Part shown: piece by piece, positions 17,843-28,321 of the stretch
How positions within the stretch are numbered: the stretch's first letter is position 1
How the letters are laid out: each line of letters begins with the position of its first letter
Source of the DNA: Trypanosoma brucei
Taxonomy: Eukaryota
DNA length: 64,000 nucleotides
Reading direction: 5' to 3'
Assembly (NCBI GenBank): GCA_000002445.1
Contig: CP000071.1
Span: 1,824,001-1,888,000 of the forward strand
Notes under the pieces: generated by a model
Told to the model about the DNA's origin: nothing
The model's input: only the letters and a program-made list of their open reading frames with translations
Databases searched by the model: none
Translations under genes and position numbers: made by a program

Positions 17843-20206
17843 ATGACTGCTCAAACCCCCTCAGGGAAGGCGCATTGCGCTGATCATCAGACGGCTGATA
17901 TGTCGTTGTGGGAACTACCAGTGGATGAACCGTTTCCCCTCGTACAGTTGGTACTTTCTATCCATACACTTTACAATCTCCCGCCGGAACTGGGCCGACT
18001 TGACCCACGCTATGAGCAATTAGAAATTGTGATGTGGCCGGTTGTGAAGTACACATATCGTGAGCGGCGAATCATGCATCTCCCATTACCGGAGCACGTC
18101 TTTCCTGTCTCTGTTACCGCCATGGTGTTGCGAGGTGACACATATTTGATTGACTTTGATGGTATAAAGAAGGATGCCACATGTGAGTCAAGCACTTCAC
18201 TGAGCAGTTCTCCATCATTGGAAGCCCCAGAGGGAAGCAGTGGCGAGCAACCCGTTATTGTAAAGGGAAACTCCGCCACGCTACAGTTCCCGTGTCCCAC
18301 TGGGTTGAGGGCGGTGGTTCGGGTCTCAATTGGAGTCCGCCAGCGCCGGTTAGGCTTCTCTGCAGTGCGGTGGATCACTGAAAACGCAAATCCACGTACC
18401 ACATCGGATGGCATTGGCGTCTTTTCAGTTGCAACGGAGGAGGTTTATCGGACGAAGTTAGTCACACGTGTTGTGGGCCACAGCGTTGGTGCCATGATTT
18501 GCTCTCTTGGGGTCAACCCGTATGATGGTCGCGACGTTATTGTGCAGCGCCTCCTACGCGACAAGGAGCGGTTTACTTCCACATACGTCTCCCAGAGGCC
18601 CGTGCTGGAAAAGGCGAATGTAGAGGCGATGCTGCGAGATGGCTACAGTGAGCAGCTGATTTACCGTCACATGCTTTTGCTTGTCGAACCCAATCACTAC
18701 AAGATGAGGTTGGAAGCCCTATTCACAATGTACGATCTCAATAGGCGCCCGAGTTGGTGGAGAGACTCGTTGCTTCAGACTGATTACATTCTGCGGGAGG
18801 AGGAACTTATTCGACGTGTGTGTGTAGAGATCGGACCTGAATGCAGTGCAACATCCCCACGCTACCGTCTGTGGGCGTTCCGCAAAAAGTATTCCCTCAG
18901 TGAGACGAGTATTGTTTCATGCTTGCGGCCCATTATCAACTCCAGTGTTACTGAAGCACTTCTCTCCGAACCGGGGACCATTTTCGCTGCACTCACTCGC
19001 CGTTTCGGGTGCGAACCGCTGCCAACGGCGTATCTCTTTCCACCGCGAAGTTACGAAGGGGAGTATCGTACATTTATCTTTGAAGCACTGAGCCTTCCGC
19101 TGGGGCCGTTTATGGGTAAGTACACTGACGTGTCACACATCGCACGGGCCAAAAGGGCCCCTTTCACATCGTCACCGTACGAGCAGCCGCTTGCAAAGGT
19201 TGCGGCGGGAAGTCCGCACGGTGGCGTGATGAGTGAAGTGGATGCACTGCGCGCGAAGCATGCACCGGAGTTTGTACAGATTGTGCCTCCTATTGCCGCT
19301 GCGTTACGCGCCGTAGTGGAGCAGAGTGGGAAGTTACCACTGGAACAACAAGAAAAGGCGAACGCGGTAACACATATCTTCTGTGAGAGGCAAATGTCCC
19401 CGCAGGGGCCCTTCCATGATTTCATGCACCGACTGGCGGATCTGACGTTTATTTCACCCGCTACACTTCTTGGAGCGGCAATACTCCTTGACCGCCTCTG
19501 TATGCGGCGGCCTGATATCCTTGTCACGGAGTTGAATGCACCACGTCTCTTCCTCACCTCTGCGCGCGTTGTGTCGAAGGTTCTGGAGCTGCGGAGCGTC
19601 AGCAACCGTTGCTTCGCCAACGCCTTCGGGGTGAATACCAAGACGCTTAACCTGTGGGAAGAATTCTTTATCAAGATGCTCAAGTTTGACCTCTGCATTA
19701 AGCCACAGGAATTCAAGGAGTACACAAACTTACTTTTTACGTCGGGTGCCCCGCCAGTGCGGGTAGCGGCTTCTCCAATATCGAGATTCCGCATTCATAA
19801 CGACAATTTGTGCACGCGGATGGGGTCTCTAACGCGGAAATGTGAAGCAACAACAGCGCTGTCGAGCAGGTCCCTCCGCTCCACAGCCGTTGAAATACCA
19901 AACATGTACACCTACAACAAAAGGTACGGCCCGAGGCAAGGCGCAGATACTGGTTTGGATGGCAGCAATGTTGTTATTGGGCGTGAGGATGATGCAAGAA
20001 ACGCTAGTGCTGCACGGGACATAAAAGCTGCAGCAGGAGGCTCGGGCGGCTCATTGAGTACTTTTGAAGCTGGAACTATGGGTTGTTTATCACACGTAAA
20101 TGACGTGGGGATCCGACGGGGTACAGAACCGACCATTTTGCCTCGAAAAATATGCAATGGAAGGAATTTGAGCCCCTGTCTGACCGTGGCAAGGCGAGGG
20201 AGTTGA
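17843..20206 (+). CDS. PHO80-like cyclin (long paralogue with ~450-aa N-terminal extension)
   Basis: The ORF starts with ATG. The C-terminal cyclin box FMHRLADLTFISPATLLGAAILLDRL...LFLTSARVVSKVLELRSVSNRCFANAFGVNTKTLNLWEEFFIKMLKFDLCIKPQEFKEY is clearly paralogous to the cyclin box of the gene at 12244-13254. Confidence 0.8.
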   Translation: MTAQTPSGKAHCADHQTADMSLWELPVDEPFPLVQLVLSIHTLYNLPPELGRLDPRYEQLEIVMWPVVKYTYRERRIMHLPLPEHVFPVSVTAMVLRGDTYLIDFDGIKKDATCESSTSLSSSPSLEAPEGSSGEQPVIVKGNSATLQFPCPTGLRAVVRVSIGVRQRRLGFSAVRWITENANPRTTSDGIGVFSVATEEVYRTKLVTRVVGHSVGAMICSLGVNPYDGRDVIVQRLLRDKERFTSTYVSQRPVLEKANVEAMLRDGYSEQLIYRHMLLLVEPNHYKMRLEALFTMYDLNRRPSWWRDSLLQTDYILREEELIRRVCVEIGPECSATSPRYRLWAFRKKYSLSETSIVSCLRPIINSSVTEALLSEPGTIFAALTRRFGCEPLPTAYLFPPRSYEGEYRTFIFEALSLPLGPFMGKYTDVSHIARAKRAPFTSSPYEQPLAKVAAGSPHGGVMSEVDALRAKHAPEFVQIVPPIAAALRAVVEQSGKLPLEQQEKANAVTHIFCERQMSPQGPFHDFMHRLADLTFISPATLLGAAILLDRLCMRRPDILVTELNAPRLFLTSARVVSKVLELRSVSNRCFANAFGVNTKTLNLWEEFFIKMLKFDLCIKPQEFKEYTNLLFTSGAPPVRVAASPISRFRIHNDNLCTRMGSLTRKCEATTALSSRSLRSTAVEIPNMYTYNKRYGPRQGADTGLDGSNVVIGREDDARNASAARDIKAAAGGSGGSLSTFEAGTMGCLSHVNDVGIRRGTEPTILPRKICNGRNLSPCLTVARRGS

Positions 20207-20770
20207 AACTATGGCAGATTATGCACACCAGAACTTTCCTCACATTTTCGTTTTTGAGTTACTGTTTTTTTAATTTATTTCCTTACCTTCCCTTCCCTCC
20301 GTTTCTCTTCGCATGAATAAACGGAAATGTTGTAGAATGACAGAGCTGCGATACTTATGGGGTATGGTGTCTCTAATAAGTGAAGTGTGAACTTGGTACC
20401 CACCCCCTTCCTCTCCAGAGTAAAATAAAGGGGGGAAAGCAGAGCAAAGTGAAGAAAGAAGAAAGAAGAAAGAAAAACGCTCATATTTGTGGTGTTTGTT
20501 CTTTTTTTACCTTTCTTTTCCTCGTCCATATATATATATATATATGTGTGTGTGTGCTTTCCTCTAGTTTTCCATGTTTGTTATTTGACTACTATCATTT
20601 CCATCAGTGTTTTATACTTGTCAACACATCGTATCGATATATCGCCATTTTATACATATTTTTATAATTATATCTTTTTTATTAAATTTGGATTTGCCAG
20701 TGTTTCTGTCCTTCTTTCTTTTTTTGTTTTTTGTTTTAATATTCACCTTCTTCTCAACACTTCCTATGCA

Positions 20771-20806
<36 letters not shown>
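20771..20806. repeat. (AC)n(AT)n compound alternating purine-pyrimidine microsatellite
   Basis: Read directly: acacacacacacacacatatatatatatatatatat. A mirror copy (AT)n(GT)n lies at 20529-20556. Confidence 0.9.
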
Positions 20807-22912
20807 GCGCACAGACAACTTTCAGTCGTTGTTATGTCAGCGCCTGCATGGCTGCGTTGTTTTTTTTTTCCTTGTTTAACTTTTGCGTGTTTTTCTTTTT
20901 TGAGAAACTCGTACTATCGGTGTAACGAAATGAATTGATAATAGCAAAGCAAAGCGAATGGGAAAAATATGCGCGTTTGAATGATTGAGAACCTCAAGTG
21001 TAAAGAAGAAAGATGAACAAAAAAAATGGGAAGTGTGGAGGAAGTGAAAAGAAAAGAAAAGAAAAGAGGGAAAGGGGATATGCAAATGGTTATATCGAGA
21101 ATTCTTTTAATTCCCCTCCTTCAGAGGTGTAACTTAGGCATTAAATAACGAATTTAGTTTAAATTTAAATTAATTTGTTGGTCCGGAAGAAAAAGGAAGA
21201 GAGAAAAATAGGAAAAGTGGGAAGTCTGCAAATTTGATGTTAATCCCCGAAAGCCCACTGAGTGTATTTATATGCACATTTGTGTGTTTGTGAGAGTTTT
21301 CATGTCGCACGACTGCGGGCTTGTATTTGGTTTTTTTTCGCCTCTCACCATTGTTTTCACATATGTGTGTATTATAAATACTCTCATTATTATTATTATT
21401 GTTATTATTTATAGATATTATTATTACTATTGCTGTTGTTGTTGTTGTTTTCGGCATTGTGCATTCCTTGGTATGTGCTACTTAGAGCCATGTCATAGGT
21501 TCCCTCTGCTCTTTACTCCCGTTCTCCCGCACTTCCCCCCTTCGCTTAATTAATTATAACAGTTATTATTTTCACGGTCTCAGGTGCAAATCTACAAAGA
21601 CTTTGTTTCATTATATATTTTTACGGTCGATTCTGTTTGCTTATGTGATAATATTGTTTTTTATGTATGTGAGTGAAGAGACTAAAAGGGATTTCAAAAA
21701 AATTTAATGCTAAATGAGTGGTCGTAGAGAATGAAATTTAATGAGTTGATGATGAAAATGTGGGAAAGAGAATGGGCAGTAAACAGAAACTAATTTTAAA
21801 GCAAATAAAAGTAAGAAAGTGAGTGTGAATACGGAAATATTGATGGAAAGATGAATAAAGCGCGAGGGAACGGCAAAGAGAAGGAGAGGAATGGCACATA
21901 AAATAATGAACCCCTCATATCTCTTTTTGTTTTGTGTGTGTGTGTGTGTATATATGGGTGTGTTACCTTTTCGTTTTCTCCTCTCCTCGTATGAGTTTGT
22001 GTACAATTGTTGTTTTCTTTCCCCCCTTTTATTGGTTCACCCCTCTGGTGTGACCCTTTGGGTTCTTGTTTAGTCTACTGCCATGTGGCACTTCGTCAAC
22101 CTCTGTGAGTTACCCTTTTACAGACATTTTAGTTTGTCCGTTCACTAGCTTTTCACGCACGCGCTGTTTGTTTGCTTCCTTTCGGTTTTTGTTTTGTTTC
22201 AGCCACGCCATTGAAACTGTAGAAAATGAGGGAAAGGGTAGAAAAGGAGTTACGGCCGTTAGCTTCATTACGTCATCCAAAATATATGCGTTTTTGTTGT
22301 TATTGTTGTCTCTGTTTTTTTTTGGGGGGGTTCCGGGAAGCGGGTGCCGCGAGGGTAGCCGCCGAGTTTTTCCAGCCGTTATCCGCGTACGTTCGTGGGC
22401 GCAAATGCTTTGTTTTATTTCAATTTTTTTTCATTTTTTTACTTTTTATTTTTCTGACTTTTTTGTTCTTGAGTGGGTTTCTGTAGTATTTGGGGTGTAT
22501 CGCCACGAAATCGCCACAACTGTTCGTTTTCCCCCAGGATTCCCTCCTTTTCAATATATGCAATACACAGCTTTACCTCCGGGAGCAGCGCCTTAGAGAT
22601 TTCGGTACGCAAAGGAAGAAATAAACATATGTGTATATGTTACTGTTCATTTAAAATATATACGTGTGGAGTGTGACTGAGTGCACGTCAGTGTCTCGTT
22701 TCAGAAGTAGTGAACGGTCTCTTGTTCTAATCCTGTCAGTAGCTTCTCTTGTGCTTTAGCCTTCACATAATTTGATCCACAGGCCCAATTCATACTACAT
22801 TATTAACCCCCGTCGAGGCGCGGACATTCACAGGAAAGGCACACGCAGAAAGGGATATAAAAGGAAAGGGAAGGGGAAAAAAAAACCGGTGCTGCAATAG
22901 CGGCTTTGGCAT

Positions 22913-25612
22913 ATGTTTTACTCAGGGTGGCAGTTTCCCACACCGCAGCGTTTGGAAGGTCGTGGTAGCGATGCGCAAAGTGGCTATCTCCTGCAGAACT
23001 CACAAAACTCAAGCATATCTTTCGTGCATTTTCTCCCATCTGGCGACAGACGCCAGTTGGTCCGACAGCGTGAAACCGGCTCCCGAATTCATCTCAAGAG
23101 TGACGTCTCCATCCACCCGAACAGCGGCGTGTTTTACTTCGAGGTTGAGGTCCAATTTTCCGGCGCCGCTGGAGGAGGAGGAGGTGGTGGTGGTGGTGGG
23201 GCGTCGGAACCGGCGTTGGTAATCGGCGTGTGCCGCCGGTCCCTCCCATCGAATGGGCTCCCGGGAGAAGAGGCCAATAGTGTCGGACTCTTCACTTCAC
23301 AGCGCATGGTGTATGCCAATGGGAAACGGGAGGGAGAAGTCGTACGGTTCCCTACAGGTACACGCGCACGAAGCATCGCAGGAAATAATGTCGACAGTAT
23401 CAACGGTGATGCCGCGGCAAGTGGGGAAAATGGAACTGCTGAAGGTGAGGAACAAGAAGGGCGGCGTTTTAGGGGACTTCGAGTAGGCGACACGGTGGGA
23501 TGCATTGTCAATTTGTTGGATGGAACAGTGCGCTTCACATTCAATGGGGAAATCCTTGACTTTACGGCTGTTTTGAGCCGTCGCACACCAAAACATGGGT
23601 ACTACGCCGCAGTCGGGGTCTTTCGGCGCGTTCCTCCCGTTGCGGTGCGAGTTATTTTTCCGTCGGTAGCACGGCAAACGCCCATTCCTCAGCCAATTTC
23701 CGCAACCGGTGCTGAAAAGAGAGAGGATGATGAGCAGCGGAAGGCGGAGCCCGCGGTGGGTTCTGTGCTTAATGAGGCTGCATCACGCGGAGGTTATTTT
23801 AATTTTGACATCGACGGGTACTGTGAGGACGTTACGAAGAAATTGGTGTTGGCGCACCTCCTAGGGAAAGCGAAGGGGCCCGTGGTTGAGCTGAAAGAAA
23901 ATGAATGCACGTGTCGTGACACGAGCATCGTAGCGGCCATATGCAAGCATTTAGCAGCGCGTGGCATGACAAGTGCCCTTTCTGCCTTCGAAAAGGAGCA
24001 ACAGGAACTTACCTGTGCCAAATGTGGCTGCGGAGCTGAACCCCCTGAAAAAGCAGATGCGGCCATTCCAAAACATGTTGATCCGACAAGTGAAATGCTG
24101 GGGGCCGGAACCTACAACCGCAGTAACGGGGACAGTTTAACCAGCGGAACTTGCACAGAAAGTGAATCACGCACCGTCACCTACAGTGCACACATCAGGC
24201 GACTTCGTGAAGATGTGGGCAATGGTAGAATGTCCGCTGCTGTGGAGCGCACGCTTAGCTTTGGGCTTGTTTCCCCGGGGGTGCTCGAAAAGGTGAGGAG
24301 TTGCGTTGAAAATGTTGACGCACTTCTCCCTGACTTCTGGGGTCTTCTTTTTTTCGCCCAGCGCTGTGATATCCTCTTTCTCCTTCGTGTTACTCATTTG
24401 GTGGAACTTTCGTTTGACACTATGCAAAGAAGACTCGAAATTCTGCTCCGCAATGTTAGTGGTGAAGGGAGCATCGGTAGGAATGCAACTGAGGACGCCC
24501 ATGAAGCAGAAACTACTACCGCATGCCCATTCACAACCGCCGCTGAGCTAATGGAGTTCGCACACCGCTTCCTTCTTGAGCCTATGAGAAGCGTTGCTTC
24601 CACTATTCGACAGCACCGCAACAGCACAACAAAGGGACCATGGACCAGTGAAGTTCTTGCCTTCGGTTCTTTTGAAAGCAGCGCCGACGAGGGTACTGAT
24701 TCGTTCGAAGAGCTCGCAGCGCATCTATTCGTGAGCGGCCGGGACAGCTCTTGGTCAGGACCTGAGGCTCCTGCAACACTTCTGGTGCGGCACAGTGTAC
24801 CCAACGTACCGGCTCCAAAATCCCAACAGCAGCGGCGCATCGTGCAGACACTTGCAACGCTCATCTCCCACCAACGTGCAGTTTGCGCGCGGGCAGAGCG
24901 ATACCACAAGCCGGGCATGTCATACAAGTGGGCGGAGGAGTGGCTGGTTCTCGTGGAGGACACTCGGCGGGAGTGCCGCACCCGTTGTACATCACTCCTC
25001 CTTCATGCGATTGAGGATTTCAACGGTGCGTTAGAGCATCGTCTGGTGGTGTGGACGCAGCGGCAACAGCAACGCACGAGGGGGGTGGCATTTGGTGGTA
25101 GCTTAGAGCAACATGGTGCCCCGGTTGTGCCTTCAAAAAGTGGTGGCAAGGAGGGAGAAAACGCGGCGGTGGAGACTAGGGAAGTTCTATTCCCTTCACT
25201 GCGCTCGGCGTGGCGGCACGTGCATGCAGCTGCTGCGTTGGAACCACTTCTTCAGGTTGTAACAAAAGCCTTTAGTGATCAGCTTAATCGGGTAGTTGTT
25301 AATGCGCGACTGATGGCAGAGTCCATTTCAACGAAGGAACCGCCTTCCACTTTCTGCAAGGGCCCCAAGCGCGGCATTCTTCACTCACCCGAGTTGAGCG
25401 TAAGCGGTGCAGACAAGAAGGTTGCTGAAAGCAACGGAAGTAGTGCTTCCTCATGTGAGCCATCCGTGGGTTCCCGCACAGCACCGGTAGAAAGCGAGAG
25501 GGAATGTGTCAGTAACAACAGCGTATGCCAAAAGAGAATGGCATGTTATACGGATGACTTACGTATGAGTTTCCTGTATATGAAGAGCGTTTATAGGGCG
25601 GTTTTTGCCTAG
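22913..25612 (+). CDS. SPRY (B30.2) domain-containing protein, 899 aa
   Basis: The ORF starts with ATG. The SPRY core is GVFYFEVEV..poly-Gly..LVIGVC....VGLFTSQRMVYANGK...GDTVGCIVNLLDGTVRFTFNGE...GYYAAVGV. The remainder is unrecognised. Confidence 0.6.
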   Translation: MFYSGWQFPTPQRLEGRGSDAQSGYLLQNSQNSSISFVHFLPSGDRRQLVRQRETGSRIHLKSDVSIHPNSGVFYFEVEVQFSGAAGGGGGGGGGGASEPALVIGVCRRSLPSNGLPGEEANSVGLFTSQRMVYANGKREGEVVRFPTGTRARSIAGNNVDSINGDAAASGENGTAEGEEQEGRRFRGLRVGDTVGCIVNLLDGTVRFTFNGEILDFTAVLSRRTPKHGYYAAVGVFRRVPPVAVRVIFPSVARQTPIPQPISATGAEKREDDEQRKAEPAVGSVLNEAASRGGYFNFDIDGYCEDVTKKLVLAHLLGKAKGPVVELKENECTCRDTSIVAAICKHLAARGMTSALSAFEKEQQELTCAKCGCGAEPPEKADAAIPKHVDPTSEMLGAGTYNRSNGDSLTSGTCTESESRTVTYSAHIRRLREDVGNGRMSAAVERTLSFGLVSPGVLEKVRSCVENVDALLPDFWGLLFFAQRCDILFLLRVTHLVELSFDTMQRRLEILLRNVSGEGSIGRNATEDAHEAETTTACPFTTAAELMEFAHRFLLEPMRSVASTIRQHRNSTTKGPWTSEVLAFGSFESSADEGTDSFEELAAHLFVSGRDSSWSGPEAPATLLVRHSVPNVPAPKSQQQRRIVQTLATLISHQRAVCARAERYHKPGMSYKWAEEWLVLVEDTRRECRTRCTSLLLHAIEDFNGALEHRLVVWTQRQQQRTRGVAFGGSLEQHGAPVVPSKSGGKEGENAAVETREVLFPSLRSAWRHVHAAAALEPLLQVVTKAFSDQLNRVVVNARLMAESISTKEPPSTFCKGPKRGILHSPELSVSGADKKVAESNGSSASSCEPSVGSRTAPVESERECVSNNSVCQKRMACYTDDLRMSFLYMKSVYRAVFA
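23170..23199 (+). repeat. Coding (GGA)n(GGT)n repeat encoding poly-Gly in the SPRY gene
   Basis: Read directly: ggaggaggaggaggtggtggtggtggtggg. It is translated as GGGGGGGGGG. Confidence 0.9.
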
Positions 25613-25641
25613 GCGGTTTTTGCCTAGGCGGTTTTTTTTTT
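25598..25641 (+). repeat. Tandem triplication of a 15-bp unit (gcggtttttgcctag) overlapping the stop codon of the SPRY gene
   Basis: Two perfect copies are followed by a third that decays into T10. The TAG in the first unit is the SPRY ORF stop at 25610-25612. Confidence 0.85.
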
Positions 25642-26986
25642 TAAAGTCCGACGCCTCAGTGAGTATATGAATATGCAGACAAGCACGTATATACATATAT
25701 GTATATTTATCGGTGGTGTGCAGGCGCACAGTGTAGTTTTGGGGCAGATGCTACGTATGCGCTGTTTCATCACGCTTCTCAATCATTTCTCTCTCATTTT
25801 TCCCCCCTCCATTCACATGATCACCAGTATTGGCGTGTTTCTGTGCGTGCGTTGAATGGTGAGGCGTCGTGTTTCACACCGCCCCAGTCCCTGAGGCCGC
25901 TACCGGTGCTCTGGTTTAGTTAAACTTTAGTGCATTATTGTTATTATCATTTTCACTTCGCTGTGTACAATGAGTAGTGATTGTGAAACTTTTGTGTTTA
26001 CTCACTCGGTTGTCTCCCTTTTCAACTCTTAGTGAGCATTTTCCCCTGTTACGTCAAGTGTGGGAACTTTCTCACGTTCGCGCTTCATGAAAAGTGGCGA
26101 CCTTTTTGTTTTGTTTTTCTTTTCTTTTGCGCTGCGCTGCGCTCGCCATTGAAATATGAAGGAGTATGTGCAAAGGCAGTAGGGAGAGGATTGTCGTGGT
26201 GATGCTAACGGTGGGAAGGGGAGACCAAAGTGGTAATTCTTTGTTGTTGTTTCTTTGCTTTCACTCATTTACGGTCAAATGTGTATGAAATTAACGGTTG
26301 TTCAGAGTTGCTTAGGTAGAGAAATGGCATAATGAAACCTTATGTTTTACTTTCCTTCCCATTTGCTTTTTTCCTCTTTTCTTCTTTTTTAAAAAAAAAA
26401 AAATTGTCTCCTCCTCCCCTTCCCCCGTTTCTTCGCTCTCATCAGCGTCCCTCATTTCAACTACGTCCCCTCTGGTTGAAGGATTCATTGAATATGCGTT
26501 AGTACCTGTAAATGTGATTTTCTCTTTTTTTGTCACTAAATTGTTACCCTGTTGCTTTCATTATCATTCTTATCATCGTTAGACTAATCCGTCCACTCTC
26601 CACCAAGACGCAGCTCAATAATTTAGAAAAAAAAATCTTAAGATAGTAAAGACAGGAGGGGGATACTAGAATTTCAAAAGGAAAGGGACCTGGTACGTAT
26701 ACCGGAACGTTATCTATAAGACAGCAGATATTAGTATTTGAACACTTTCCTTCCCCTCTCGTGCCTTTGCTCTTTTTTCCCCCCTGTTCTGTCTACGGGC
26801 ACTGACGGGAGAAAAAGAAAGCAGTGGCACGCAAGTGTTGGTGAAAGGCGCAACTTCATACAAGCACAAATATATATATATATATATATATAAGATTCAC
26901 AAACCACACACACACACACAAGCGCGTGTACGTGCATACATATAGAAAGAGGAAGTGAAGGACAACTGTGTTGAATAACAGCAGTA

Positions 26987-28321
26987 ATGAAAGAAAAAAA
27001 AGAGGTGAATTCAAGCCGTAAAGGATGGATGCCACCACGAGGTCGGCTGACGGCAACATCACGTGGCCCGGTGCCACCACCGCCTAGTCGCACACCCACG
27101 CGATGCTCGAGCATTTGTCGTGTTCCCAAAGATCGCTTTCGCGGCCCCCCGGCAGTAGCAGCAACAACAACACCGCGAAGTCGGGAAAGCGGCTCAGCTT
27201 GTCATTGTGTACCTCTTCGACGCAAGAACGCATCAAACGATAATGCCTTTGCGACACGACGCACGGCCATAGTGGATGAGAAGACACCGTCAGCGCAGAA
27301 GCCTGTTCAGCCCTATGTAGCGGATGAGCGAATAGAGAAAATGCGTAGGTCAATGAATGGTACGAATCGCCGTTCCTGTAGCGAGTCTATGCGAGATGCG
27401 GAGCCTGTGAGTTTTCATATGGCGCCGTACCCGCGAGTTCCTTTTGTACGGCAGAGTAGCAACCGGTGTGAGTCAACTCCTTCAAGCTATAGAACTCGGG
27501 TGAGTACAGCACAGCAATGTTCATTTGGGGGACATGCTGCGAGACCAACGGTTGCTGGTACGGAGCTACTTCCGCGGATGCCACACCTTCAGGGTACTCA
27601 CCGTACCTCCAAAGAGCGGGGTCGCGCGACGTTAGAGCGCTTCCTCCAAACTCAACCAACAGATGCACAAAATGAAGTACGAGATCTAATGAAGGAGTAC
27701 AAGGGTCGAGAAGAGGAGCTATGCGATGCTCTAAACATTGCATTCGGGGAGTCAGCAGGAGGTGTAGCAATGGGTCTCAGTACCAGTACTAGTGGAGGAG
27801 CCACACCGGTTCCCCGACGTTATGATATTCCACAACCATACCGAGGGCCCACGCCACTGAAACAAGAGGTGACTGACACGTCGATACTTAACACTTCACC
27901 AAAGCTTCATAGCCGCAGCGCCATGAGTGCTACTGTTAGAGTGAATAGTGAAGCAAATCCAATAGCATCGAGCGCCTCGCCTTACCGTCATGGTTGTTCC
28001 CCCCGCAGGACTCAACCATCGCGGAATCGTGTGAACCCTCGCGATGGCGTTTATTCACAACCTCCCTCTGGTATGATATCCGCCTGCACACCCATTTCCA
28101 GCCCTTCACGTGGGAGGGGAACCGGTTGGGCTAAAAGTCTCTATAATGAATTGAGGGAAGAGGGCAGTTTGTCGCCATACCTCCGTTACCTTCCCAGTGA
28201 TGTGTCAGGAGGTGAATGGGATAAACCTGATGTTGGAGACGTGCTTTGCTTTCAGGCGAAGGAGCCGCAGCGAAGACGTGTGCTCACCTCGCCCGTCCCC
28301 GATGAGTTACTCATAAAATAA
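26987..28321 (+). CDS. Hypothetical Ser/Pro/Arg/Thr-rich low-complexity protein, 444 aa
   Basis: The ORF starts with ATG and runs uninterrupted for 1.3 kb on the transcribed strand. Third codon positions are GC-rich. No domain is recognised, and the low complexity makes the call tentative. Confidence 0.4.
   Translation: MKEKKEVNSSRKGWMPPRGRLTATSRGPVPPPPSRTPTRCSSICRVPKDRFRGPPAVAATTTPRSRESGSACHCVPLRRKNASNDNAFATRRTAIVDEKTPSAQKPVQPYVADERIEKMRRSMNGTNRRSCSESMRDAEPVSFHMAPYPRVPFVRQSSNRCESTPSSYRTRVSTAQQCSFGGHAARPTVAGTELLPRMPHLQGTHRTSKERGRATLERFLQTQPTDAQNEVRDLMKEYKGREEELCDALNIAFGESAGGVAMGLSTSTSGGATPVPRRYDIPQPYRGPTPLKQEVTDTSILNTSPKLHSRSAMSATVRVNSEANPIASSASPYRHGCSPRRTQPSRNRVNPRDGVYSQPPSGMISACTPISSPSRGRGTGWAKSLYNELREEGSLSPYLRYLPSDVSGGEWDKPDVGDVLCFQAKEPQRRRVLTSPVPDELLIK

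Noticed and set aside
19051-19794. 247-aa ORF on the minus strand, fully inside the long cyclin gene. Similar antisense ORFs occur at 45228-45929, 24394-24981, 60567-61187 and 62822-63379.
   Set aside because: Each one overlaps a well-supported + strand gene. GC-rich third positions in the sense frame leave antisense frames open by chance. There is no motif or homology, and nothing else in the window is transcribed from the minus strand.
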